Positions 10,986-23,845 of a DNA stretch of 64,000 nucleotides are shown here, one piece after another. Every line of letters begins with the position of its first letter. The first letter of the stretch is position 1. Under the pieces are notes generated by a model. It was not told where the DNA came from. It did no database searches and saw only the letters and a program-made list of their open reading frames with translations. This DNA is from Callorhinchus milii (lineage: Eukaryota), in the NCBI RefSeq assembly GCF_018977255.1, contig NW_024704742.1, positions 34,288,001 to 34,352,000 on the forward strand, written 5' to 3'. The position numbers were made by a program, and so were the translations under genes.

Positions 10986-13054
10986 CTTTTAACCTCACCT
11001 GCAAAGCCTCACTGTATTGTCCTATCACAGTCTATGCCTACTCTAGCTAACTGACAGACTTTGATAGTAAACTTGACAGTGATGATAAACATCGATCTGT
11101 AAAAATTTTAAGAAAACATTATATATTGTCAAAGGGAATGAACCCACTTCCAGTCAACAATTTATATACTATATTCGTGATTTAATTTGTGTTGGTCTCA
11201 AGTAGTTTAAGAAATGTCAGAAAATTTCTCTTTGAAGAAATAGTGCATTTCTCCAAGAAGTGATTAAAAAGGAATTCCATCACTGAAAGCTAGTCACTAT
11301 GATTGGATTTGGAATTAAGTTGGGTTAATTATCACATCTGTAAATAATTGTGGCTTAAGTCATACAACTAAGGGCAGTAGCTGGATCTAAATTGACTTCA
11401 AAAGGAGTCCGCGGAGTGAGCATATGGCTTGAGGTGGCCAATGTTTGGTTTTGTTAGTTTGTTATACCTCTCTAAGGAATAGCAAACTTTGGCAGACCAA
11501 AGTTTGTAAAGTTCTATCTTCACCTGTTAAAGAAAAGTCAACAAAAGCTGCTGGTTAACTGCACTAACTGCATCATCAATGGGCACGATTGTCCTTCATT
11601 CAAATCCTTTTTGCTGATGTTTTTAGCATGTTTTCTTTCCATGCATATTAGTCCCAATGATACCCTTGCATTTCTCCTTCAAATGTTCCCAAGCCATGTC
11701 ATTGTTGTTGTATAAGTAATGGTAAGAAGATGCTCGTGAGGGACTTCAGTCACTTTTTATCATCATTTGTTCCCTCCGTCCAATGAACAGACTAGTCTCT
11801 GACCATTCTGTCACTCCATGCAGAACCTGCAAGTATTTCACTTCCAGGGACTTGAGGCACAGCCAGAAATCAACTGAGACACTGCCAGGGCCTGAAGTTT
11901 AAACCACATGAAATTATGTGATCAAGTCACACTCTTCACCTCATAGATTCAAGTTATTCATAAATTTATTTATAAACTCATTAGATAAAGATCACAAGAA
12001 GCAGGCCATTTGGCACATCGTTACTGTGCTAGTGTTCGCCCCTATGCTGGAACTTTGTACTCTAATCATGATACCCTACATTTTCTCTGTCTCACTTTTA
12101 TATTATTCCTTTTCACATATGATTTGCTTAACGATATCGACAGCCTGATCTGGTTTTAATGCTGCAAATATTAGCAATACAGGACATGACTTTCTGTTTT
12201 TTCTCAGAATCCCTAAAAAAAAGAGGCAACAAGCAATCACAGTGGTGTTCATTAATGCTGTTTTATTACATTTATTAAAATAAAAAAAATGCACTGACTT
12301 TTGTGAGATGGCAGAGCAATGTAAATTATGATCATATATAGATTTGATTTTGTACTTATTAAATAAAGACTATGTAAGGCTAATAAAAGGGATAACATTT
12401 TATTGCTAGCATTATTACTATTTTCTGAATATATTGAAAAGGTCTAACCTTTCTCTATTTTTGATATGGTGCAAAATGCATCCATATGCCCTTGAGCTTT
12501 GAGGATTAAAACTCTAATATGTGACTCCTCTTCTGCAATGCTGTTCAGTAAACTGCAAAATATATCATCATGCGCACATCTAAAGTCATTCACATTTGAA
12601 ATCAGCAGTACATCTCTTCCTAAAGATTAAAACAAAGCCAAAGTAGCTGCTACTTTCATTGCAGGAGGATTGGAAAGATCTGGGCAATACACACAGACCG
12701 TATCACAAACTTGCAAAACGTCTGCTTGGCAAGAGAGAGAGCTGCAGGGATTTGAAACAGATGTTTCGAGATCTAAGAAATGATTCTGATGACATTAAAT
12801 GAAGAATGACTACTGCTGAGGGCAACAGTGTTAAAATAATCCTCCAAGGGTCACTTGAATGAGCAATGCTTGAGAACAGGAGCAAAAGAGCAGTGACTGC
12901 TTTATTACACCTTTGGTTGAACCTCACGTAAGCAGGGCAACATTGCTGTATCAATCAGAGTTCACATTTACGTTGTACAGACTGTGTTCTGAAGGAAGTA
13001 AAAGAATGTTGCAGATATTAAAAAATGAAATATCCACAATTTACATAATGTGGT

Positions 13055-13132
13055 ATTTCAAAGGGAAAGGAATCTAAAATGCAGTGATTCCAAACAGGAT
13101 TCTTTAATTGAGGAATTCTGAATTTCTTCATG
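13055..13132. repeat. Fragment of the unclassified fold-back repeat family
   Basis: gcagtgattccaaacaggattctttaattgaggaattctgaatttcttcat aligns to the reverse complement of 63225-63280. Confidence 0.65.
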
Positions 13133-13198
13133 ACGAAAGGCAGAAGCTTCCTCCCACACAATGTAGTTCTGGAGTGGAGTTTCTGGGAGACATCATGA

Positions 13199-13440
13199 CA
13201 TAAGAACATAGGAAGAGGAGGAGAACATTCAGCCTGTTGAGCCTGTTCTGTCAGTTTTTTAGATCATGGCAGATCTTTTAATCCTATTTCCATGTTGTTT
13301 CCCTATACCACTTAGTAGCCTTGTTTCCAATCAATTGTGAAGTTTAAAAGGAAGATACATAGATGCAAGTATTTATGTATATTCCTTTTAAATATTACAA
13401 TTGATTCTGCCTCTACAGCCTTCTAAGGCAGTCTATTTGT
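13199..13440 (-). mobile_element. CR1 LINE 3' remnant
   Basis: cataagaacatagga...cattcagcctgttgagcctgttc is the reverse complement of a CR1-type 3' UTR, followed by gattctgcctctacagccttct (antisense ORF2 end). Confidence 0.65.
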
Positions 13441-14127
13441 CTGATTACTGTCAAGCGTCTCATTGATTAAAGAATGATATTTGAAATCACTGCATTTTAA
13501 ATCTCAAAAGTTGCTCCAGGTGTGAATCCCTACAATTCCCTGTAAGACAAGCTCATAGCCTTGTCAGATGCAGATAAAAGAGGTTTTGGTTATAAAATTC
13601 TGAATTCATAGGCAAATGTCATTCAAGCAATTAGATTTTAATATTTCACAATATATTACTTGTTAAAGATCATTTGCACTCTTAAAACAAATTAAACAAA
13701 AAATTACATAGAATCTACAAGACCCAACAGGTATGTTCCAGTGTTTTTACTCCATATGAGGCTACATCCATTTTAATCCACTCTCTCTGGGCTCCCACGC
13801 CAAGGTACCCCTCTATTCTTTTCTCTCTTTTCTGGATGTTATAGTTTGTTACTACAGAGTCTCCTCATTCCTATAGAGGAGTTTTCCAGCCCAGAGATTT
13901 CAACACTACAGGTCCTACAATCAAATGGAATGATGAGTATAGATAGTTCGGCTTCTCTCAAGTGTTTTAGAGCTAATAATTATTTCAACATTGCGATGAC
14001 AATACCACACAATTCCCTTTGTGAGAAAACAAAGACATATATAGAGGTTAACAGATGCAGAATATTCTCTAATTCATTGGCTTCACTTTCAGCTTGATGT
14101 TCAACTGTTACCTGGAAGTGGAGTGGT

Positions 14128-14485
14128 AATAATAATAATCCTTGCATTTGATATAGCACCTTATTACATCTTCTAGGTGTCTCAAAGAGCTTCACAAAAT
14201 ATACTGTAAAGTGGATTGACTGTATATTTGTGGGCAAAATGCAGCAGCCAATTGCACACAACAGTGTCCCACAAACAGTTGTGGATTGCGTGACCAAATT
14301 ATAATTTTGTTTGGAACCCCGAGAAAGCGATCCGTAAATTGATTAACAACCGATTCCTATTTACTGCTAGATAAACAGAGGTGTGTGGAGTAAGGAAACT
14401 TGCCCAATGTTTCACCCTGCCCAGGAATCGAACCCAGTCCTCTCGCTTGTGAGGCGAGTGCTTTAACCACTCACTACAGGACTCC
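14128..14485 (-). mobile_element. SINE family A, full length
   Basis: Complete tRNA-like head, body, core and (att)n tail. TSD gtggt at 14123-14127 and 14486-14490. Confidence 0.95.
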
Positions 14486-15869
14486 GTGGTGAGGAGGGAG
14501 GAACAGTTACATGAGATCACAAAAGATTTTTTGATGAAAAATCTGCTTCAGCCTTATCTTTAGCCTTACACTTCCAGAATATCCACTGTACCATCTTCTC
14601 ATTACAACGTAAAACTGTTTCCAGTGTCTTTTCCACAGACAGCAATGCAATCGCATGTTTACAATGCTATATTTCCATGATGCATTTCAGTGGCATTGCA
14701 GCATCATGTTGCAGTGTGTAGCACAGATAGAACAATATTTCCAAATCCCCAGTACAGTTTTCTTTTTAAATTAAAGGCCGCATTTCTGTAGCCAGTCGTT
14801 TTTAAATGGCCTTTATATTTGCTCTGACGTGCTGTGAGAAGGGGTATTAATCCCATTAACTTGTCACACACCGTTCTTGCTAAAAGCAGCCCAGGAGCAT
14901 AGCAGCGGCAGTGAAGGCTCCACGGCCAAATACTCCTTGCACCGCCTGCTACTGAGATCCACCACCCACAGCAGGGATGAGTTTTATGAGTTAGTTTATT
15001 AGTCAAGCTATTCAATGGAGTAACTTAGACTAACACACAGTGGGTGGGTGAGGGGTAACTGTCAATTCTCTTTTGTTTTGCCACTTTATTAGCAGATCTC
15101 GGACTACTAATCTCCTATCAATATTAGAAGGAATCAGGTATTGAAGACCAAGAAGCCTGTATTCCACACTGCCAGGGCCACCCAGCTGAAGGAACCTGTG
15201 TTCAGACCAACTCCATCCTACAGCTGAGTCACGGGCAATTGAGAGCAACAAATTCTTGTTCATATTACCACAGGGCAATTGAGCTTCCTATAAACCCTAT
15301 TTATTTATTTCCTAGAGTCAAGCAAACCTTTCTGTTGCCTGAATTACTGGAGAACAGCAGTGATTTTCTTTAATATATTGTGCAGTTACTGGAGCTTCTG
15401 GCCTCCCATCTTGAAGTGTTTATTCTGATTCCCTGGTGTAGTAACCAAACTCTCTCCCCCACCTAGAGCAGAACTAGACCACTTGTTTTTTAACAATCAA
15501 CTTCTCAGGTGTCACCTTCTCCAAAGACAGCTGTTCCTTCTGACTCAGGCAGCCCACATTGAGGAAGTTGACACAAATTCAGCGGCCACTTTATGGGAAA
15601 ATTCAGGTCTGCTTTATTTTAATACTAAAGTACATGCAGTCCTGGAGGTACTGAGTACACTGATTTGCCCTTACATATAAACACTTCCGTGCAAGTCCTT
15701 AAACTCTGATAATTATGGTGACAGAGTCGAAGTTGTGACAATTCAAAACTCTACTCCTTAATAAGGGCTCTGCTGAGTCTTAAATAGAACCTCCCTCTGC
15801 CAACTACAAGTATGATTCTGACCCACATGAACTCCCTCCCAAGTGGACTTCTTATGGGTCAGAGAGCCA

Positions 15870-15940
15870 ATAACTCTAGTCACCAAAAAAGATTCCCCAT
15901 TTTGTGACTCAGAATCCTTACTGAGGAATTCTGTCCTGAA
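15870..15940. repeat. Fragment of the unclassified fold-back repeat family
   Basis: Its reverse complement aaggattctgagtcacaaaatggggaatcttt matches aaggaatctgagtcacgcaaatggggactcttt at 62921-62953. Confidence 0.65.
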
Positions 15941-15991
15941 TTGCCACAATTTAGAGCCCATTGTGTTGCATATGAAACATCTATCTTTTTC

Positions 15992-16282
15992 TTTTGAGCC
16001 CACATCTTGAGGCTGGCACTCCAATACAGTGCTGGGGGAGTGTTGCATTGCCGTCCATCTAATGAGATGTTAAACTAACATCCGGTCTGCCTATGCAGGT
16101 GGATATTAAAGATCCACGGCACTATTTGTAAAGAGAAGGGGGTTCTCCTGGTGTTGCTGTTTGCAAATTGCTGTTTGCAAATTGGTTTCTGTATTCGCCT
16201 ACAAAATACACAGTCACTACACTTTACAGTATACCCTAAAGCACTTTCAGACATCTTCCCAATGCGAAAGGCACACTATCAA
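15992..16282 (+). mobile_element. SINE family B, 5'-truncated
   Basis: ggctggcactccaatacagtgctgggggagtgttgc...caggtggatattaaagatcc...aaatgtaagaattattatt. Confidence 0.85.
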
Positions 16283-19200
16283 ATGTAAGAATTATTATTA
16301 TTGCTTAAATGGAAAAGCTGAGATTTCCAATTCCACCCAATAATATTTAGTGGAATAAAGATAAATGAAGTCACAGCCACCTCAGGCATTGTTGGCTGGA
16401 GAATACAGGCCACAAAACTCACAGCACTATATTAATGATGTTCGCCGTCAGTACATTATCTAGCATTTTATTGAATTGCTCTACACATGCATGCCAATAA
16501 GGTAGTAACAGCTTATATGTTGCAAAGGTAGGAAAGAGAGTGGATTGGGTGGGATAAGTATTAGACCTTCATGACATGGAAGAAAACAAACCAAGGTTAA
16601 GCTCTGGATGGAAGCTATCAATAAAAGAAAATGTTGAAACTTAAAGAGCCCGGTGGAACAAATCTTTAATGGTCTGTTACCTACAGTAAACACTGTTCCT
16701 GCGGGCAAACATGACTATTTGGAGAAAGGTAAAGTACTATTTTTATCCCTGTTTCTTTTCGTACGACAAGCAATACTGGAATTTGCAGTTCTTGAGCTAT
16801 GTTTGTAAATCAGCTGGCTTGCTAGCCAGAGATTAAGGTAAATTCTGCTAAGGACTAGAAGTTGACTTAGAGCATTAAGAAGGATTAATGTTTAGCTGAG
16901 CTGTTGCCGGCGTACTGGGTTCGAATGTTTACGCAGTGGAGAAGCTCACAATTAATCCAAAATTAGTATAAAAGATCAACAGCAACTGTTCTGGCATGCT
17001 AGCTTGGCTTAGTCTTGTAATCAAAACTCACATTGGGACAAACTGCATACAAGGTCGCTCTACAACCATCCAAGCTTGTTTCAAACCATCCCCTTCCCCA
17101 CCACCATCCCCCTAATATTTGACTTTGCTGTTCTTTAATTTAAGAAGTAAGGAGAAAAAAGACTGTGTTGTGTCTGCCTGTTTCTCCCTGTTATACTGCT
17201 ATTAAGAAGAGGTCAAGTCACTTTACCTACTACTGAAACAGGTCATAAAATTGGCGCTGCTTAAGAAACAGAGCATTTTTATACGGTGAAGGATTCGTAA
17301 AATATACAACATTCTTTGCTGTTTATGGGAAGCGTCCAAGTTAATGCATGTCAAATAGGAATAAAATGATTAGGGTCTAAAGTGGTGGGACGTGCCCTGC
17401 TGTCTGATAAAAGTGAACTCTCAGTACACTCCTTTGGTTTTTTTTATTGCAACCTTCATTTGCTTTGGTTTTAATGACTTTATCAGTTATCTTGAAGTGC
17501 AGGACTCGAGCAGACTGGGTCCCTTAATTTTCGTTGACTAGCACTAAACTCTCTTCTATGTAGGGTCTTCTTTTAATCTCGGTTATCAAGATAAGATGGC
17601 AATTTCTTGGTATTTTTGCAAAGGCAGGAAAACCAGTTTAATGCACATCACTGCGAATAGTCTAGAGCTGGGGTGCTCTAAGATGGTAAGATTGCATATG
17701 ATTTTCAGATCATTTATCAGTGATGTTTTTAATAATGATAGAAATAAAACATTTCAACAGAAGTAATTTATAAAAAGACAACTAAGTTATAAAGAGGTTG
17801 CAGAAATACCATACATTCCCCTCTATTCATGAGCTGTTCAAGGGCTTCCTTTCATTTGACAAGCATTTGGCAGATGTTCATTTACTCAATTATCTCAGTA
17901 ATACTTTTCATTCCACTCTCAGTCTTCCCTTCCTGACATGATCTGAGAGCAGTAATGAACAAGCAGCATTCCCAAAATAAAAGCACAGATAAAAGCTTAT
18001 GTGCCATGCAATTTAATGATATTCCAACATAATAACAGGCTGCAACAATTATAATGTGACAAAAGTAAAGCATAATTGGCAGGTTTCCTTATTTGGTTAT
18101 CATCAGCTCCTTTCAATTTTAGTATCTATTGAGGAGTTTTTTGTAAACCTATTATTTACAAATGTCTGCTTCTGGACATTTGCATGTTTCATGTCGGTCC
18201 TTTTCTTAATTTTCCATTTAAAAGGCTTCACACTATTGTTTTGACTTGGTGAAGGTTTCCAGTCCAAAGGTAACTTCAGTAACACTTATTTATGAATGAC
18301 ATCAACTGGGGAAATATCTGGTTAATTAAACGAACAAGTCAAAGTGTTTTTTTTGACTGAATCGAACAGATAATTTGCCATTGTGTGGGCATGTCACTTA
18401 AAATAGAATGAAAATACAGAGACATTAAATGGTTTCTGGTTATGTAGAGCTTTTACTACTTGTATACTAATGCAAAATATTTAGTTGGAGAGATTATTTC
18501 CTTCTCAATATTCCTACATTGGATTGCAGCAGGTGATCTGAAACACAACTCACGGGACACAAACGATTTAAAGATATCGAGCCAGCATATTTTTAAGTGG
18601 CATAATGTGAAGTTTATAAATACAATGCTTTGCCTTTGTTTGAATGCATTACAAATTAAACACATTCAAACATGTCTAATATGCAGTAATTCATATTCTT
18701 TTAGTTTGCATGGAACAGATACCCAGGAAGCGAATCTGTAAGGTATTGGTGCCTTTAGTACTAGGGATAGCATGACAAATAGTAATTTCTTTCACAATTA
18801 TTAATAGAATTTATCAGACACTAATAATCTGGGAATAATTGTTCACCCAAACACTTTTGAAATAATTCATTTATATAAATATTTTGGATTTTGCCAACAA
18901 ATACTGTAACTTTGCTTGACAGTAATTGCAATAAATTGCTTCAAGATTTTTCTTACCAAGATAAGGTGCTATGAAAATGCAATTTTCTTTATTTAGTAAA
19001 CAAGAACACAATACTTCACAGGATTTACTGTAAAGTGCAATAACTGAGTATTAGTAGGCAACCCAGACTCAGAAATCCAGTCATACAATGCTACAAATTA
19101 AACTTCACTGTACCTGTGAAGAAGTTCAGCTGTTTGAAAACAAAGAAAATGTAGTTAATTAGTGATAACGTGAAGCAATGCCTTTTAAATGTCTACTCTA

Positions 19201-19581
19201 TTGCATTCAGCATAGGTGAGTTGCAGGAAAGAGCCTACATGCACAATTTGTTTAATGTTTGGAAATAGATTTTAAGTTATGTGGGACATTGGTGTTTTGA
19301 GGGTTAAATACTGTTGTATACTTATGGTGATAAATGTGATATCTGGCTCTGGGAGAACTTTAGACGTCATTATGATTCCCTCTCTTTACTACAAGGATTT
19401 GGTTGGAAGACTGGAACAAATGCTCCACAGATGTATTGTATTTCCCACTGTAAAAGCCTATCATGTTAAACACTTTATAACAATTCTAAAATTGGATGGA
19501 ACTCACCAGGATCAAACAATTGAGATTTATACAATTGCTGCAGCTAAAATAATTGATAAACATTTTTTGTAAATCATAATT

Positions 19582-19720
19582 ATAGAATCTTATGGAACAG
19601 AAGGAGGCCATTTGGCCCCTGTGCCTGTGCCAGCTCTTTGAAAGAGCTACCCAATTAGTCCCACTCCCGCCGCTGTTTCTCCATAGTCTTGCAAATGTTT
19701 CCTTTTCAAGTATATATTGA
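19582..19720 (-). mobile_element. CR1 LINE 3' remnant
   Basis: atagaatcttatggaacagaaggaggccatttggccc is the reverse complement of a CR1-type 3' UTR. Confidence 0.7.
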
Positions 19721-20119
19721 TAAATGCAAGTATATGCACTTATCCTTAAATCATTGCATATGTGGAGCCTTCAAGCACAATCTTTTGGTAAGCTTGTTTT
19801 TATTCATTTGTTTCAAAACACAAGGCACACTGGAATAAAGGTGTTGTTCCTTCCACATGACATTGTTTATACAAGAAAATGGCGCACCTTCTCTTTCTGC
19901 CTCTTTTCCATCCTCCACTTTTAACGTAGTTCCATGGAAAAGCTAAATGACTGGGATATAATGCCCTGCCCCCAGCTGTCTGATCCTTAGATTGGAAATT
20001 TACCAAACAAGGATTAAGGTTTTTAAAAAAAGGACTGATCCAGCCATCAGTATAAAATCTTGTCCTAGCCGGACATGGGGCTGATTGAAATGTTTAATTT
20101 TGTATCAGATAGTAGTTCT

Positions 20120-20338
20120 GGGAGTAATGATCCCAGAATGATCCCTTCAAAAAAAAATAATAATTTGGTCACTTAATCCACAACTGCTTGTAGGACACTG
20201 CTGTGCGCAATTGGCTGCCGCATTTTGCCCACGAAATATACAGTCAATTCACTTTCAATTCACAGTATATTCTGTGAAGTGCTTTGAGACGTCTCAAAGA
20301 CATGGTAAGGCGCTATATGAAATACAAGGATTATTATA
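20120..20338 (+). mobile_element. SINE family A 3' half
   Basis: ttggtcacttaatccacaactg...ctgtgcgcaattggctgccgc...gagacgtctcaaagac...caaggattatt. Confidence 0.9.
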
Positions 20339-20451
20339 GATCAATATTTTAGGTGTGGCACTTCAAAATATAAATACTGCAAATGTTTAATAAAATTCTG
20401 CACTCGGGATATTTCCATGAGGTCCACCAAATATGATAGATCTGAAAAAGA

Positions 20452-20750
20452 AGAATGCTTACATTTGATATAGTGCATTTCGCATTAGGAGGACATCTCA
20501 CAGAGCTTCACAGGATATACAGTATTGTAAAGTGCAGTGACTGTGCATTGTGTAGGTGAACACAATGAATCTGCGTACAGCGATGTCTCAAAGGCAGCTA
20601 TGAAGTGAATGACCAATTTTATTTAAGGATTGTTGACCAGGCTGCCAGGAGAAACTCCTTTCTCTTTTTGAATAGGATTGAGTCTTTAATGTCCACTTTC
20701 AGGTTAACGAACAGGTTGACAGGACCTAGGTTTAACATCTCATCTGAAGG
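20452..20750 (-). mobile_element. SINE family B, 5'-truncated
   Basis: Reverse complement of the family B tail, core and body up to tttaacatctcatctgaagg. Confidence 0.85.
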
Positions 20751-20992
20751 AGGGTGGAACGTGGAAGAAAGGTGGATGCTGCCTCACACGGATGTAGAAT
20801 TTTAAATTCCCCTCCAGATTTATAATAATTCTTACTAAAAATCAACACAATATTAAAAAAATTTAAATAATTATATAGTTGATGGTATAAATAGAACACA
20901 TAGAAGGAATTTTATAGCTAACATAACAATTCCATTCGGCAGGAAAACCATTGCCATTTTATTTTTCTTAATGAAAATTTAACCTATAACTG

Positions 20993-21410
20993 ATAATAAC
21001 CCTTACATGTGGTATAGAGTCAGGAGGACTTCTTAAAGTACTTCACAAGACAAACTGTAAAGTGCATTGACCGTATTTTGTAGGCAAACAAGACAGTCAA
21101 TCTGTGCATAGCAATGTCTCACAAACAGCCATGAGATAAATTAAATGAAAAGATTTGGGCATTCGCCAAGGTCACCAAGAGAAACACCTAATCTTCCCTA
21201 AATAGTTCCAAGAGATCTTTTACATCCACCAAAACCGGCGGATGGCAACTTAATTTAACTTCTCACCAGATGACGACACCTCTGATAAGGTAACACACTC
21301 CAGCACTGCATCAGTCTAGACAATATGAGTCCAAAGTCCCAATATGGGGTTTGAACCACAGTTTTCTGACTCAGACGTAAGAGTGCTATCAGCTGAGCGA
21401 GAGTGACACA
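20993..21410 (-). mobile_element. SINE family B, near full length
   Basis: Ends tttgaaccacag...ttctgactcagacgtaagagtgctatcagctgagc (reverse complement of the head). Confidence 0.85.
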
Positions 21411-21764
21411 CAACATTCATTAAGTAGCGGGATAGAATATTATTTTGCATTTGTTATTAACTGTTGTAGACAACAGATACTCTCATTCTAATGCAGCATG
21501 GTTAGATGCAGAGCAAAACCTCTCCTACTTTATCTTGAAAATGCGCATGAGTGCCAATGTCAGAAGAGAATTTTCAACTGCACCAGTTTTGGTGACTGTA
21601 ATGTTTTGATGCTTTAGGCGCTGTGTCAAATGCAAGGATTATTATCAGTAGTATTACAAAACCAACAACAACTTGCACTTATATAATGCCCTCCACACAG
21701 GGCAAAGTCTCAGAGCGCTTAGGTTTTGCAAAAAGAGGAAGTTTTGCAGCAACTGAAATGAGAT

Positions 21765-21890
21765 TGCATTTGATATTCATAGGATTTCTCACCTCAAGCA
21801 GAGAGAGAAAACCTTTGTCCATTCAGTCTGAACTGGATTCAAGTCCGAGGTTGCCGAGGTCAAAGGAGCAAGATCTAATGCACTCCAACC
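21765..21890 (-). mobile_element. Head of a third, older tRNA-like SINE
   Basis: Reverse complement reads ...cctttgacctcggcaacctcggacttgaatccagttcagactg...tctctctctgc, a degenerate B-box context unlike families A and B. Confidence 0.4.
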
Positions 21891-23051
21891 TTCAACACAT
21901 AATGGTGAAAAACATAGCTATGTGATATATATTTGATTATCGCATAGTGGGACATTCCACTCGGGATTCTAACATTCGCTTTCAAGTGTTTCCACCCAAA
22001 ATCCATTGTTGCAACTATTGAGAATTTTCGAACCTGGTGCCATGCGAATCCCAGCATTTCACCCTCACCTCAGAAACATTGGCTTAACCTACTGTTAAAT
22101 GTTGTAATGGGTGATAGCTATCACATCCCCAAGCATACTTCTCACCCTGTGGCCTTAAAAGTACAAGACTTTCAAGCCTCTTTTATGACAGATATCCTCT
22201 ATATAAAACATGGATTTAATATTAAAGGCAAAATCATGTGCAAATGACTATTTTGCATGTAACTGACCAGATTGGGCGTAAATTCCTAAAAAAAGTCAAA
22301 TGTGATGTCTCCTTTTTCACCAGCTCAAGGAAGCTCAGTGCTTTATTGCTCACTGATGCTATGAAGATAAGGTAACTTAAATGTGTAATATTTCCTGCTG
22401 CCTCCCCTGTTACTTATCAAAGTGGCTTCTGTTTTATTTCTAAGATGGGAGAGAACAATAGAAGTCTTTTTTTCTCAATGTCACTGAGCTGCCTTTTAGG
22501 ATAAAATATTTTAGAAAGCGAATAACATTGATGCAGTTAATGAGTTTTTCCCATCGTCATTTCAAGTGCGGAGCTTTGCAGAGTATTGTGTTACTGGGAT
22601 CTCTGCTACACTTACCACTCTCTCTCCCCTTGTTCTTGCTAAATGGGCACATTTACTATTCCAGTTAGCCTCTGGACTTATTTCAAAGTCTCCTGGTAGG
22701 AAAGTAAGGATTAATTTACTTAGTATAATGTTTTCACATGTATTGATGTATTTTGAAGAGTTTATCGTGTGCATTAATACATCATTATCCAGACTAATTA
22801 ATTTCTCTTTTTGGATCAATCTCTGATCTTAAAATATAAATGCTGCTGCCAGAAGGCTATCGGATTTTTGAACTGAAATTGGACATACTATAGAAACAGG
22901 GTTTCAATTATAGAATTTGTACCATTCATTGGATTTTTACTTTGTTAGAGCATCAACATATACACAACAGCAACATTTCCAAAACTATGAAGTTACAAAA
23001 TGTAGAGCCTATAATCCTTTGCATTTCTGTCTAAATCTACTATAATAGTCA

Positions 23052-23195
23052 TAGGGGATGATTCTCGGACCTTGGGGGTGTGAGTTTATAATCCCACCAT
23101 AACCTCACACACCAGAATCAGTACATTTACCAAATAGTAGAGAAGCACATCGGCCTTTACAGCAAATTTACCCACAATTAGAGAATCACAACCTA
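23052..23195. mobile_element. Decayed MITE-like inverted-repeat element
   Basis: taggggatgattctc...gggt mirrors acccacaattagagaatcacaaccta. The motif acaattagagaatca recurs at about 3722. Confidence 0.4.
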
Positions 23196-23689
23196 ATGGC
23201 CTGAAATTCTGTTCGGAGTTGACACTGTCTTTGGCAATGCCAAATCCCATATCAGGGAAATCCCACTAGTGATTGACAGCATCAGCATTGTGTGTAACAC
23301 TAACATATTTTACACATTTTCAAATCATGTTGAATCTGAGGTGAGTTGTAATGATCCCTCACTTCAGAATCAAGATTTTCTTCAGTGTGAAGAACATCAG
23401 AGGGCATGGAATGACAATTAGCCATTTGGCTCATTAATGCCTTCCATAGACCATGCAAAATAAAATCTGCTCATTCAATGTCTCCATGCAATCTCATCTC
23501 TTGAGGAAACGTTCAACAAAGTCTCTCCGTGTTTGTGAACAGTAAATAATGACAGCCTGTCAGAAGAGGCGAGGGAGGCTGAGGTTCCCTCATCCTGTTT
23601 TGTGGGCTATTCAGACCAAATCCTCCAACTCTTTCTCAGGCTAGCCCATAGAAATCGAGTGAAACAGACTCTGCTAAAGGGATCCAAAC

Positions 23690-23845
23690 CAAGGGGATGT
23701 AATCTTAAAATTAGAGCCAGAATGGTTTAAAGTGAAATCAGAAAATATTTATTTACACTTATATTTCTTTCAGCGCTCCAAAAAGCTATCCTACATGTAA
23801 TGCGCTGCATAAATGCAAGTTGTTGTTGTTACACAGAGGGTTGCC
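23690..23845 (+). mobile_element. CR1 fragment interrupted by a short L2-type 3' tail (23759-23828)
   Basis: CR1-like aagggg...aatcttaaaattagagccag...gtgaaatcagaaaa...ttacacagagggttg. The insert ends gcataaatgcaag(ttg)n. TSD ttacac at 23753-23758 and 23829-23834. Confidence 0.65.
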
